Positions 29,384-43,549 of a DNA stretch of 64,000 bases are shown here, in pieces (position 1 is the stretch's first letter; each line of letters opens with the position of its first letter). The notes under the pieces were generated by a model. The model had not been told where the DNA came from and did no database searches. It saw only the letters and a program-made list of their open reading frames with translations. Source of the stretch: the human T2T-CHM13v2.0 reference genome, Homo sapiens; assembly GCF_009914755.1 (NCBI RefSeq), contig NC_060933.1. One strand, given 5' to 3'. The position numbers and the translations under genes are program-made.

Positions 29384-32300
29384 CAACTCGATTGCAATGG
29401 AATGGAATGGAATGGAATGGAATGGAATGGAATTAACCCGGATAGAATCGAATGGAATGGAATGGAATGGAATGGAATGGAATGGAAGGGAATGGAAAGT
29501 AATGGAATGGAATGGAATTAACCCGAATAGAATGGAATGGAACGGAAAGGAAGGGAATGGAATGGAATGTAATCAACTCCAGTGCAGGGGAATGCAATGG
29601 AATGGAATGAAATGGAATGGAGTCATACGGAATGGAAGGGAATGGAATGGAATCAACCAGAGTGCAATGGAATGGAGTGGAATGGAATGGAATAGAATGG
29701 AAACAACACGAATGGAATAGAATGTAATGGAGTGTAAGGGAATTGAATATAATCAATCCGAATGTAAAGGAATGGAACGGAAAGGAATGGAATGGAAAGG
29801 AATGGAAAGGAATGGAATGGAATGGAATGAATTGGAATGGCATGGAATGGAATGGAATCAACCCGAGTTCAATGGAATTGAATGGAATGGAATGGAATGG
29901 AATGGAATGGAATGGAATCAACTCGATTGCAATGGAATGGAATGGAATGGGATGGAATGGAATGGAATGGAATGGAATGGAATTAACCCTAATAGAATGG
30001 AATGGAATGGAATGGAATGGAAAAGAATGGAATGGAAGGGAATGGAGTGGAATGGAATGGAATGGAATTAACCCGAGTTCAATGGAATTGAATGGAATGG
30101 AATGGAATGGAATGGAATGGAATCAACTCGATTGCAATGGAATGGAATGGAATGGGATGGAATGGAATGGAATGGAATGGAATGGAATGGAATTAACCCT
30201 AATAGAATGGAATGGAATGGAATGGAATGGAATAGAATGGAATGGAAGGGAATGGTATGGAATGGAATGGAATGGAATTAACCCGAATAGAATGGAATGG
30301 AATGGAATGGAATGGAATGGAATGGAATCAACTCGATTTCAATGGAATGGAATGGAATGGAATGGAATGCAATGGAAGGGAATGGAATGGAATGGAATGA
30401 AATTAACCCGAATATAATGGAATGGAATGGAATGGAATGGAATGGAATGGAATGGAATGGAATGGAATAGAATGGAATCCACCCGAGTGCAAGGGAATGG
30501 AATGGAATGGAATGCAATGGAATGGAATCATACGGAATGGAATGGAATGGAATGGAATGCAATGGAATGGAATGGAATCACCCGATTGAAATGGAATGGA
30601 GTGGAATGGAATGGAAAGGAATGGAAACAACCCGAAAGTTATGGAATGTAATGGAGAGTAAGGGAATTGAATAGAGTCAATACGAATGTAATGGAATGGA
30701 ATGGAACGGAATGGAATGCAATGGAATGGAATGGAATGCAATGGAATGGGATCAACCCGAGTGAAATGGAATGGAATCGAAAGGAATGGAATGGAATGGA
30801 ATGGTTTCAACCCGAATGGAATGGAAAGGAATGGAATGAAACCGAGTGGAATGCAATGGAATGGAATGGAATGGAATGGGTTCAACTCGAATGGAATGGA
30901 AAGGAATGGAATCAACCCGAGTGGAATGGCATGGAATGGAATGGAATGGAATGGAAGGGAATGGAATGGAATGGAATTAACCTGAAGAGAATGGAAGGGA
31001 ATGGAATGGAACGGAACGGAATGGAATGGAATAGAATGGAATGGAATGGAATGCAATGGAATGGGATCAACCCGAGTACAGGGGAATGGAATGCAATGGA
31101 ATGCAATGGAATGGAATCATCCCGAATGGAATGGAATGGAATGGAATGCAATGGAATGGAATCAATCAACCCGAGTGCAATAGAATGCAGTGGAATGGAA
31201 TGGAATGGTATGGAAACTACCCGAATGGAATAGAATGTAATGGAGTGTAAGGGAATTAAAAAGAATCAATCCGAATGTAATGGAATTGAATGGAACGGAA
31301 TGGAAAGGAATGGAATGGAATGGAATGGAATGGAATGGAATGGAATTAACCCGAATAGAATGGAAAGGAATGGAATGGAATGGAATGGAATGGAATGGAA
31401 TGGAATGGAATGGAACGGAAAAGAATGGAATGGAACGAAATGGAATGGAATGTAATGTAATGTAATGGAATGGAATGGAATGGAATGGAATGGAATGGAA
31501 TCAACCCGAGTGCAGGGGAATGGAATGGAATTGAAGGCAATGGAATGGAATCATCCGGAATTGAATGGAATGGAATGGAATCAACTCGATTGCAATGGAA
31601 TGCAATGGAATGCAATGGAATGGAATGGAATGGAATGGAATGGAATGGAATGGAATGGAATGGAATGGAATTAACCCGAATAGAATGGAATTGAATGGAA
31701 TGGAATGGAATGGAAGTAAATGGAATGGAATGTAATGAACCCGAGGGCAGGGGAATGGAATGGAATGGAATGCAATGGAATGGAGTCATCCGGAATGGAA
31801 CAGAAAGGAATGGAATGGAATCAACCCGTGTGCAATGGAATGGAAAGGAATGGAATGGAATGGAATGGAATGGAATGCAATGGAATGGATTCAACCCGAA
31901 TGGAATGGAAAGGAAGGGAATCAACCCAAGTGGAATGGCATGGAATGGAATGGAATGGAATGGAATGGTACCGAATAGAATGGAATGGAACGAAATGGAA
32001 TAGAATGGAATGGAATGGTATGGAAACAACCCGAATGGAATGGAATGAAATGGAGTGTAAGGGAATTGAATACAATCAATCCGAATGTAATGGAATGGAA
32101 TGGAACGGAATGGAATGGAATGGAATGGAATGCAGTGGAATGGAATCAAACCTAGTGCAATGGAATGGAATGGAATGGAATGGAATGGAATGGAATGGAA
32201 TGGAATGGAATGGATTCAACCCAAATGGAATGGAAAGCAATGGAATCAACCCGAGTGGAATGGCATGGAATGGAATGGAACGGAATGGAATGGAATGGAA

Positions 32301-35300
32301 TGGAATGGAATGGAATGGAATGGTACGGAATAGAATGGAATGGAACGAAATGGAATGGAATGGAATGGAATGGAACGGAAAGGAATGGAATGGATTCAAC
32401 TCGAATGGAATGGAAAGGAATGGAATCAACCCGAGTGGAATAGCATGGATTGGAATGGAAAGGAATGGAATGGAATGGTACGGAATAGAGTGGAATGGAA
32501 CGAAATGGAATGGAATGGAATGGAATGGGATGGAATGGAATGGAATGGAATGGAATGGAATCAACCCGAGTGCAGGGGAATGGAGTGGAATGGAAGGCAA
32601 TGGAATGGAATCATCCGGAATGGAATGGAATGGAATGGAATGGAATGGAATGGAATGGAATGGAATCAACCTGAGTGCAGGGGAATGGAATGCAATGGAA
32701 TGCAATGGAATGGAATGGAATGGAATGCAATGGAAACAAATCGATTGCAATGGAATGGAATGGAATGGAATGGAATGGAATGGAATGGAATGGAATGGAA
32801 TGGAATTAACCTGAACAGAATGGAATGGAATGGAATGGAATGGAACGGAATGGAATGGAATGGAATGGAATGGAATGGAATTAACCCTAATAGAATGGAA
32901 TGGAATGGAATGGAATGGAATGGAATGGAATGGAAGGAAATGGAATGGAATGGAATGGAATGGAATGGAATGGAATGGAATGGAATGGAATAGTACGGAA
33001 TAGAATGGAATGGAACGAAATGGAATGGAATGGAATGGAATGGAATGGAATGGAATGGAATGGAATGGAATCAACCCGAGTGCAGGGGAATGGAATGGAA
33101 TGGAAGGCAATGGAATGACATCATTCGGAATTGAATGGAATGGAATGGAATGTAATGGAATCAACTCGATTGAAATGGAATGGAATGGAATGGAATGGAA
33201 TGGAATGGAATGGAAGTGAATGGAATGGAATGTAATGAAACCGAGTGCAGGGGAATGGAATGGAATGGAATGCAATGGAATGGAGTCATCCGGAATGGAA
33301 CGGAATGGAATGGAATGGAATCAACCCGAGTGCAATGGAATGGAATGGAATGGAAAGGAATGGAATGGAATGGTCTCAACCCGAATGGAATGGAAAGGAA
33401 TGGAATCAACCCGAGAGGAATGGCATGGAATGGAATGGAATGGAATGGAGTGGAATGGTACACAATAGAATGTAATGGAACGAAATGGAATGGAATGGAA
33501 TGGAATGGAATGGAATGGAATGGAATCATTCCGAGTGGAATAGAAGGGAATGTTTTCGAGTGGAATGAAAAGGAATGGAATCAACCAGAGTGGAATGGAA
33601 TGGAATCGAGTGGAATGGAATGCAATTGAATGGAATGGAAAGGAATAGAATGGAATCAACCCGAGTGGAATGGAATGGAAAGGACTGGAATGGAATGGAA
33701 TGGAATGCAATGGAATCAACTCGATTGCAATGAAATGGAATGGAATGGAATGGAATGGAATGGAATGGAATTAACCGGAATAGAATGGAATTGAATGGAA
33801 TGGAAAGGAATGGAATGGAATAGAATGGAATGGAATGGATTCAACTCGAATGGAATGGAAAGGAATGGAATCAACCCGAGTGGAATGGCATGGAATGGAA
33901 TGGAATGGAATGGAATGGAATGGAATGGAATTAACCCTAATAGAATGGAATGGAATGGAATGGAATGGAATGGAATGGAATGGAATGGAATGGAATGGAA
34001 TGGAAGGAAATGGAATGGAATGGAATGGAATGGAATGGAATGGAAGGAAATGGAATGGAATGGAATGGAATGGAATGGAATGGTACGGAATACAATGGAA
34101 TGGAACGAAATGGAATGGAATGGAATGGAATGGAATGGAATGGAATGGAATGGAATGAAATCAACCCGAGTGCAGGGGAATGGAATGGAATGGAAGGCAA
34201 TGGAATGAAATCATTCGGAATTGAATGGAATGGAATGGAATGGAATGGAATCAACTCGATTGAAATGGAATGGAATGGAATGGAATGGAATGGTATGGAA
34301 TGGAATGGAATGGAATGGAATGGAAGTGAATGGAATGGAATGTAATGAAACCGAGTGCAGGGGAATGGAATGGAATGGAATGCAATGGAATGGAGTCATC
34401 CGGAATGGAACGGAATGGAATGGAATGGAATCAACCCGAGTGCAATGGAATGGAATGGAATGGAAAGGAATGGAATGGAATGGATTCAACCCGAATGGAA
34501 TGGAAAGGAATGGAATCAACCCGACAGGAATGGCATGGAATGGAATGGAATGGAATGGAGTGGAATGGTACGGAATAGAATGTAATGGAACAAAACGGAA
34601 TGGAATGGAATGGAATGGAATGGAATGGAATGGAATGGAATGGAATCATTCCGAGTGGAATAGAAGGGAATGTTTTCGAGTGGAATGAAAAGGAATGGTA
34701 TCAACCAGAGTGGAATGGAATGAAATCGAATGGAATGGAAAGGAATAGAATGGAATCAACCCGAGTGGAATGGAATGGAAAGGACTGGAATGGAATGGAA
34801 TGGAATGCAATGGAATCAACTCGATTGCAATGAAATGGAATGGAATGGAATGGAATGGAATGGAATGGAATGGAATGGAATAGAATGGAAAGGAATCACC
34901 CCAAGTGCAGGGGAATTTAATGGAATGGAATGCAGTGGAATGGAATCATCCGGAATGGAATGGAATGGAATGGAATGGAACAGAATGGAATGGAATCAAC
35001 TCGATTTCAATGGAATGGAAAGGAATGGAATGGAATGGAATGGAATGCAATGGAATCGTACGGAATAGAATGGAATGGAACGAAATGGAATGTAATGGAA
35101 TGGAATGGAATGGAATGGAATGGAATGGAATGGAACGGAATGGAATGGAATGAACCCGCGTGCAATGGAATGGAACGGAATGGAATGGAATGGAATGGAA
35201 TGGAATGGAATGGGTTCAACTCGAATGGAATGGAAAGGAATGGAATCAACACGAGTGGAATGGCATGGAATGGAATGGAATTGAAAGAAATGGAATGGAA

Positions 35301-36429
35301 TGGAATGAAATGTAATCGAATGGAAAGGAATGGAATCAACACGAGTGGAATGGCATGGAATGGAATGGAATTGAATGAAATGGAATGGAATGGAATGGAA
35401 TGAAATGTAATGTAATGGAATGGAATGGAATCAACCCGAGTGCAATGTAATGGAATAGAATGGAATGGAATGGAATGGAATGGATTCAACCCGAACGGAA
35501 TTAAAAGGAATGGAATATACCCGAGTAGAATGGCATGGAATGGAGTGGAATGGAATGGAATGGAATGGAATGGAATGGTACGGAATAGAATGGAATGTAA
35601 CGAAATGGAATGTAAGGGAATGGAATGGAATGAAGCCGTGTGCAATGGAATGGAATGGAATGGAATGGAATGGAATGGAATGGAATGGATTCAACTCTAA
35701 TGGAATGGAAGGGAATGGAATCAACGCGAGTGGAATGGCATGGAATGGAATGGAATGGAATGGAATGGAATGGAAGTAAATGGAATGGAATGGAATGAAC
35801 CCGAGTGCAGGGGAATGGAATGGAATGGAATGGAATGGAATGGAATGGAATGCAGTGGAATGGAATCAAACCTAGTGCAATGGAATGGAATGGAATGGAA
35901 TGGAATGGAATGGAATGGATTCAACCCAAATGGAATGGAAAGCAATGGAATCAACCCGAGTGGAATGGCATGGAATGGAATGGAATGGAATGTAATGGAA
36001 TGGAATGGAATGGAATGGAATGGTACGGAATAAAATGGAATGGAACGAAATGGAATGGAATGGAATGGAATGGAACGGAATGGAATGGAATCATTCCGAG
36101 TGGAATAGAAGGGAATGAATTCGAGTGGAATGGAAAGGAATGGAATCAACCAGAGTGGAATGGAAGGGAATGGAATGGAAACTAATAAAATGGAATCAAC
36201 ACGAGTGGAATGGAATGGAAAGGATTTGAATGGAATGGAATGGAATGGAATGGAATCAAGTCGATTGCAATGGAATGTAATGGAATGGAGTGGAATGGAA
36301 TTAACGCGAATAGAATGGAATGGAATGGAATGGAATGGAATGGAATGGAATAGAATGGAATGGAATCAACCTGAGTGCAGGGGAATGGAATGCAATGGAA
36401 TGCAATGGAATGCAATGGAATGGAATGGA

Positions 36430-39400
36430 ATGGAATGGAATCAACGCGAGTGCAGGGGAATGGAATGTAATGGAATGCAATGGAATGGAATCTTCTGGAA
36501 TGGAATGGAATGGAATGGAATCAACCCGAGTGCAATGGAATGGAGTGGAATGGAATGGAATGGAAGGGAATGGAACAACCCGAATAGAATCGAAAGTAAT
36601 GGAGAGTAAGGGAGTTGAATAGAATCAATCCGAATGTAATGGAATGGAATGGAACGGAATGGAATTGAATGGTATGGAATGGAATGCAATGGAATGGAAT
36701 CAACCCGAGTGCAATGGAATGGAGAGGAATGGAATGGAAACTACCCGAATGGAATGGAATGAAATGGAGTGTAAGGGAATTGAATAGAATCAATCCGAAT
36801 GTAATGGAATGGAATGGAACGGAATGGAATGGAATGGAATGGAATGGAAAACAATGGAATGGAATCAACCCGAGTGCAATCGAATGGAATCGAACGTAAT
36901 GGAATGCAATGGAATGGATTCAACTTGAATGGAATGGAAAGAATGGAATCAATACGAGTGGAATGGCATGGATTGGAATGGAATGGAATGGAATCAACCC
37001 GAGTACAGGGGAATGGAATGGAATGGAATGCAATGGAATGGAATCATCCGTAATGTAATGGAAAGGAATGGAATGGAATGGAATGGAATGGAATGGAATG
37101 GAATCAACTCGATTGCAATCGAATGGAATGGAATAGAATTAACCCAAATAGAATGGAATGGAATGGAATGGAATGGAACGGAAAGGAATGGAATGGAATG
37201 GAATGGAATAGAATGGAATGGAACAGAACGGAACGGAACGGAACGGAACGGAATGGAATGGAATGGAATGGAATGGAATGGAATGGAATGGAATCAACGC
37301 GAGTGCAGGGGAATGGAATGGAAAGGAATGCAATGGAATGGAATCTTCCGGAATGGAATGGAATGGAATGGAATGGCATGAAATGCAATGGATTCAACTC
37401 GATTGCAATGGAATGGAATAGAATGGAATGGAATGGAATGGAATGGAATTAACCCGAATAGAATGGAATGGAATGGAATGGAACGGAATGGAACGGAATG
37501 GAATGGAATGGAATGGAATGGAATGGTATGGAATGGAATGGAATGGAATCAACACGAGTGCAATGGAATGGAGTGGAATGGAATGGAATGGAATGGAACA
37601 ACCCGAATGGAATGGAATGGAATGGAGAGTAAGAGAGTTGAATAGAATCAGTCCGAATGTAATGGAATGGAATGCAACGGAATGGAATGGAATGGAATGG
37701 AATGGAATGGAATGCAATGGAATGGAATCAACCCGAGTACAATGGAATGGAATGGAATGGAATGGAATGGAATGGAATGGAATTGAATGGAATGGAATGC
37801 CTTCAAACCGAATGGAATGGAAAGGAATTGAATCAACAAGAGTGGAATGGAATGGAATGTAATGGAAAGGAATGGAATGGAATGGAATGGTACGGAATAG
37901 AATGGAATGGAAGGAAATGGAATGGAATGGAATGGAATGGAATGGAATGGAATGGAATGGAATGGAATCGTTCCAAGTGGAATAGGAGGGAATGTATTCG
38001 AGTGGAATGGAAAGGAATGGAATCAACCAGAGTGGAATGGAAGGGAATGGAATGGAATGGAAACTAATAGAATGGAATCAACCAGAGTGGAATGGAATGG
38101 AAAGGACTGGAATGGAATGGAATGGAATGTAATGGAATCAACTCGATTGTAATAGAATGGAATGGAATGGAATGGAATGGAATGAAATGGCATGGAATGG
38201 AATTAACCCGAATGCAATGGAATGGAATGGAATGGAAGGGAATGGAGTGGAATGGAATGGAATCAACCCGAGTGCAGGGAAATGGAATGGAATGGAATGC
38301 AATGGAATGGAATCATCCGGAATGGAATGGAATGGTATGGAATGCAAAGCAATGGAATCAACTCGATTGCAATGGAATGGAATGGAATGGAAAGGAATAG
38401 AATGGAATCAACCCGAGTGGAATGGAATGGAAAGGACTGGAATGGAGTGGAATGGAATGGAATGGAATGGAATGGAATGGAATCAACTCGATTGGAATGG
38501 AATGGAATGGAATGGAATGGAATGGAATGGAATGGAATCAACTCGATTGCAATCGAATGTAATGGAATGGAATTAACCCGAATAGAATGGAATGGAATGG
38601 AATGGAACGGAACGGAATGGAATGGAATGGAATGGAATGAAATGGAACGGAACGGAACGGAACGGAATGGAATGGAATGGAATGGAATGGAATGGAATGG
38701 AATGGAATGGAATCAACGCGAGTGCAGGGGAATGGAATGGAATGGAATGCAATGGAATGGAATCTTCCGGAATGGAATGGAATGGAATGGAATGGAATGA
38801 AATGCAATGGATTCAACTCGATTGCAATGGAATGGAATGGAATGGAATGGAATGAAATGCAATGGATTCAACTCGATTGCAATCGAATGGAATAGATTGG
38901 AATGGAATGGAATGGAATGGAATGGAATGGAATGGAATGGAATTAACCCGAATAGAATGGAATGGAATGTAATGGAACGGAATGGAACGAAATGGAATGG
39001 AATGGAATGGAATAGAATGGAATGGTATGGAATGGAATGGAATGGTACGGAATAGAATGGAATGGAACGAATTGTAATGGAATGGAATTGAATGGAATGG
39101 AATGAAATGGAATGGAATGGAATCAACGCGAGTGCAGGGGAATGTAATGGAACGGAATGCAATGGAATGGAATCATCCGGAATGGAATGGAATGGAATGG
39201 AAAGGAATGGAATCAACCCGAGTGCAATGGAATGGAGTGGAATTGAATGGAATGGAATGGAACAACCCGAATGGAATGGAATGTAATGGAGAGTAAGGGA
39301 GTTGAATAGAATCAATCCGAATGTAATGGAATGGAATGCAACGGATTGGAATGGAATGGAATGGGATGGAATGCAATGGAATGGAATCAACCCGAGTACA

Positions 39401-42400
39401 ATGGAATGGAATGGAATGGAATGGAATGGAATGGAATGGAATGGAATGCCTTTAAACAGAATGGAATGGAAAGGAATGGAATCAACACGAGTGGAATGGA
39501 ATGGAATGGAATGGAATGGAATGGAATGGAATGGAATGGAATGATACGGAATAGAATGTAATGGAACGAAATGGAATGGAATGGAATGGAATGGAATGGA
39601 ATGGAATGGAATGGAATCGTTCCGAGTGGAATAGGAGGGAATGTATTCGAGTGGAATGGAAAGGAATGGAATCAACCAGAGTGGAATGGAAGGGAACGGA
39701 ATGGAATGGAAACTAATAGAATCGAATCAACCCGAGTGGAATGGAATGGAAAGGACTGGAATGGAATGGAATGGAATGGAATGGAATCAACTCGATTGTA
39801 ATGGAATGGAATGGAATGGAATGGAATGGAATGGAATGGAATTAACCCGAATACAATGGAATGGAATGGAATGCAACGGAATGGAGTGGAATGGAATGGA
39901 ATCAACCCGAGTGCAGGGGAATGCAATGGAATGGAATGCAATGGAATGTAGTCATCCGGAATGGAATGGAATGGAATGGAATGCAAAGCAATGGAATCAA
40001 CTCGATTGCAATGGAATGGAATGGAATGGAAAGGAATACATTGGAATCAACCCGAGTGGAATGGAATGGAAAGGACTGGAATGGAGTGGAATGGAATGGA
40101 ATGGAATGGAATGGAATCAACTCGATTGGAATGGAATGGAATGGAATGGAATGGAATGGAATGGAATTAACCCGAATAGAATGGAATGGAATTGAATGGA
40201 ACGGAACGGAACGGAATGGAATGGAATGGAATGGAATGGAATGGAATGGAATGGAATGGAATCAACCAGACTGCAGGGGAATGGAATGGAATGGAATGCA
40301 ATGGAATGGATTCAACTTGAATGGAATGAAAAGAATGGAATCAACACGAGTGGAATGGCATGGATTGGAATGGAATGGAATGGAGTCAACCCGAGTACAG
40401 GGGAATGGAATGGAATGGAATGCAATGGAATGGAATCATCCGTAATGGAATGGAAAGGAATGGAATGGAATGGAATGGAATGGAATGGAATGGAATAGAA
40501 TCAACTCGATTGCAATCGAATGGAATGGAATGGAATTAACCCAAATAGAATGGAAAGGAATGGAATGGAACAGAACGGAACGGAATGGAATGGAATGGAA
40601 TGGAATGGAACGGAAAGGAAGGGAATGGAATGGAATAGAATGGAATGGAATGGAATCAACGCGAGTGCAGGGGAATGGAATGGAATGGAATACAATGGAA
40701 TGGAATCTTCCGGAATGGAATGGAATGGAATGGAATGGAATGGAATCAACCCGAGTGCAGTGGAATGGAGTGGAATGGAATGGAATGGAATGGAACAACC
40801 CGAATGGAACGGAATGTAATGCAGAGTAAGGGAGTTGAATAGAATCAATCCGAATGTAATGGAATGGAATGGAACGGAATGGAATTGAATGGTATGGAAT
40901 GGAATGCAATGGAATGGAATCAACCCGAGTGCAATGGAATGGAGAGGAATGGAATGGAAACTACCCGAATGGAATGGAATGAAATGGAGTGTAAGGGAAT
41001 TGAATAGAATCAATCCGAATGTAATGTAATGGAATGGAACGGAATGGAATGGAATGGAATGGAATGGAATACAATGGAATGGAATCAACCCGAGTGCAAT
41101 CGAATGGAATCGAATGTAATGGAATGCAATGGAATGGATTCAACTTGAATGGAATGGAAAGAATGGAATCAATACGAGTGGAATGGCATGGATTGGAATG
41201 GAATGGAATGGAATCAACCCGAGTACAGGGGAATGGAATGGAATGGAATGCAATGGAATGGAATCATCCGTAATGTAATGGAAAGGAATGGAATGGAATG
41301 GAATGGAATGGAATGGAATGGAATCAACTCGATTGCAATCGAATGGAATGGAATGGAATTAACCCAAATAGAATGGAATGGAATGGAATGGGATGGAACG
41401 GAAAGGAATGGAATGGAATGGAATGGAATAGAATGGAATGGAACGGAACGGAACGGAACGGAATGGAACGGAATGGAATGGAATGGAATGGAATGGAATG
41501 GAATGGAATCAAAGCGAGTGCAGGGGAATGGAACGGAAAGGAATGCAATGGAATGGAATCTTCCGGAATGGAATGGAATGGAATGGAATGGCATGAAATG
41601 CAATGGATTCAACTCGATTGCAATGGAATGGAATAGAATGGAATGGAATGGAATGGAATGGAATTAACCCGAATAGAATGGAATGGAATGGAATGGAACG
41701 GAATGGAACGGAATGGAATGGAATGGAATGGAATGGTATGGAATGGAATGGAATGGAATCAACACGAGTGCAATGGAATGGAGTGGAATGGAATGGAATG
41801 GAATGGAACAACCCGAATGGAATGGAATGGAATGGAGAGTAAGAGAGTTGAATAGAATCAGTCCGAATGTAATGGAATGGAATGCAACGGAATGGAATGG
41901 AATGGAATGGAATGGAATGCAATGGAATGGAATCAACCCGAGTACAATGGAATGGAATGGAATGGAATGGAATGGAATGGAATTGAATGGAATGGAATGC
42001 CTTCAAACCGAATGGAATGGAAAGGAATTGAATCAACAAGAGTGGAATGGAATGGAATGGAATGGAAAGGAATGGAATGGAATGGAATGGTACGGAATAG
42101 AATGGAATGGAAGGAAATGGAATGGAATGGAATGGAATGGAATGGAATGGAATGGAATGGAATGGAATCGTTCCAAGTGGAATAGGAGGGAATGTATTCG
42201 AGTGGAATGGAAAGGAATGGAATCAACCAGAGTGGAATGGAAGGGAATGGAATGGAATGGAAACTAATAGAATGGAATCAACCCGAGTGGAATGGAATGG
42301 AAAGGACTGGAATGGAATGGAATGGAATGCAATGGAATGGAATGGAATCAACTCGATTGTAATAGAATGGAATGGAATGGAATGGAATGGAATGAAATGG

Positions 42401-42420
42401 CATGGAATGGAATTAACCCG
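36430..42420 (+). repeat. ~1.8 kb direct repeat spaced 4.2 kb (36430-38215 vs 40650-42420)
   Basis: Matching ORFs at offsets 4220 to 4200 (36741/40961; 36929/41149; 37907/42107). Shared variants CATCCGTAATGTAATGG, CAATACGAGTG and CGTTCCAAGTGG. Confidence 0.85.
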
Positions 42421-43510
42421 AATACAATGGAATGGAATGGAATGGAATAGAATGGAATGGAATGGAATCAACGCGAGTGCAGGGGAATGGAATGGAATGG
42501 AATACAATGGAATGGAATCTTCCGGAATGGACTGGAATGGAATGGAATGGAATGGAATCAACCCGAGTGCAGTGGAATGGAGTGGAATGGAATGGAATGG
42601 AATGGAACAACCCGAATGGAACGGAATGTAATGGAGAGTAAGGGAGTTGAATAGAATCAATCCGAATGTAATGGAATGGAATGGAACGGAATGGAATTGA
42701 ATGGAATGGAATGGAATGCAATGGAATGGAATCAACCCGAGAGCAATGGAATGGAGAGGAATGGAATGGAATGGAATGGAAACTACCCGAATGGAATGGA
42801 ATGTAATGGAGTGTAAGGGAATTGAATAGAATCAATCCGAATGTAATGGAATGGAATGGAACGGAATGGAATGGAATGGAATGGAATGGAATGGAATGGA
42901 ATGGAATGCAATGTAATGGAATCAACCCGATTGCAATTGAATGGAATCGAATGGAATGGAATGCAATGGAATGGATTCAACTTGAATGGAATGGAAAGAA
43001 TGGAATCAACACGAGTGGAATGGCATGGATTGGAATGGAATGGAATGGAATCAACCCGAGTACAGGGGAATGGAATGGAATGGAATGCAATGGAATGGAA
43101 TCATCCGTAATGGAATGGAAAGGAATGGAATGGAATGGAATGGAATGGAATGGAATCAACTCGATTGCAATCGAATGGAATGGAATGGAATTAACCCGAA
43201 TAGAATGGAATGGAATGGAATGGAACGGAACGGAATGGAATGGAATGGAATGGAATGGAATGGAATGGAATGGAATTGAACGGAACGGAATGGAATGGAA
43301 TGGAATGGAATGGAATGGAATCAACGCGAGTGCAGGGGAATGTAATGGAATGGAATGCAATGGAATGGAATCTTCCGGAATGGAATGGAATGGAATGGAA
43401 TGGAATGAAATGCAATGGATTCAACTCGATTGCAATGGAATGGAATAGAATGGAATGGAATGGAATGGAATGGAATTAATCCGAATAGAATGGAATGGAA
43501 TGGAATGGAA
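36431..43510 (+). repeat. HSat3 sub-domain, dialect B
   Basis: CAACTTG at 36921, 40313, 41141 and 42978; repeated GGAATCTTCCGG and GGAGAGTAAG(G/A)GAGTTG. Inverted relative of 1-7790. Confidence 0.8.
36487..43381 (+). promoter_or_regulatory. Cluster of 7 consensus heat-shock elements (candidate HSF1 sites)
   Basis: gGAAtcTTCc/tgGAAt at 36487, 37340, 38759, 40702, 41555, 42514 and 43367. Motif match only. Confidence 0.5.
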
Positions 43511-43549
43511 CGGAATGGAATGGAACGGAATGGAATGGAATGGAATGGA

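Larger units (their letters stand above)
12664..36430 (+). repeat. HSat3 sub-domain, dialect A
   Basis: A markers throughout (GAACCCGTGTGC, CAAACCTAGTGC, GAATACAATCAATCC). I saw no GGAATCTTCCGG or GGATTCAACTTG. Confidence 0.75.

Noticed and set aside
33151-33165. DUX4-like site TAATGGAATCA
   Set aside because: The central TGG departs from the TAAYYYAATCA consensus, and the string arises trivially from GTAAT+GGAAT+CA.
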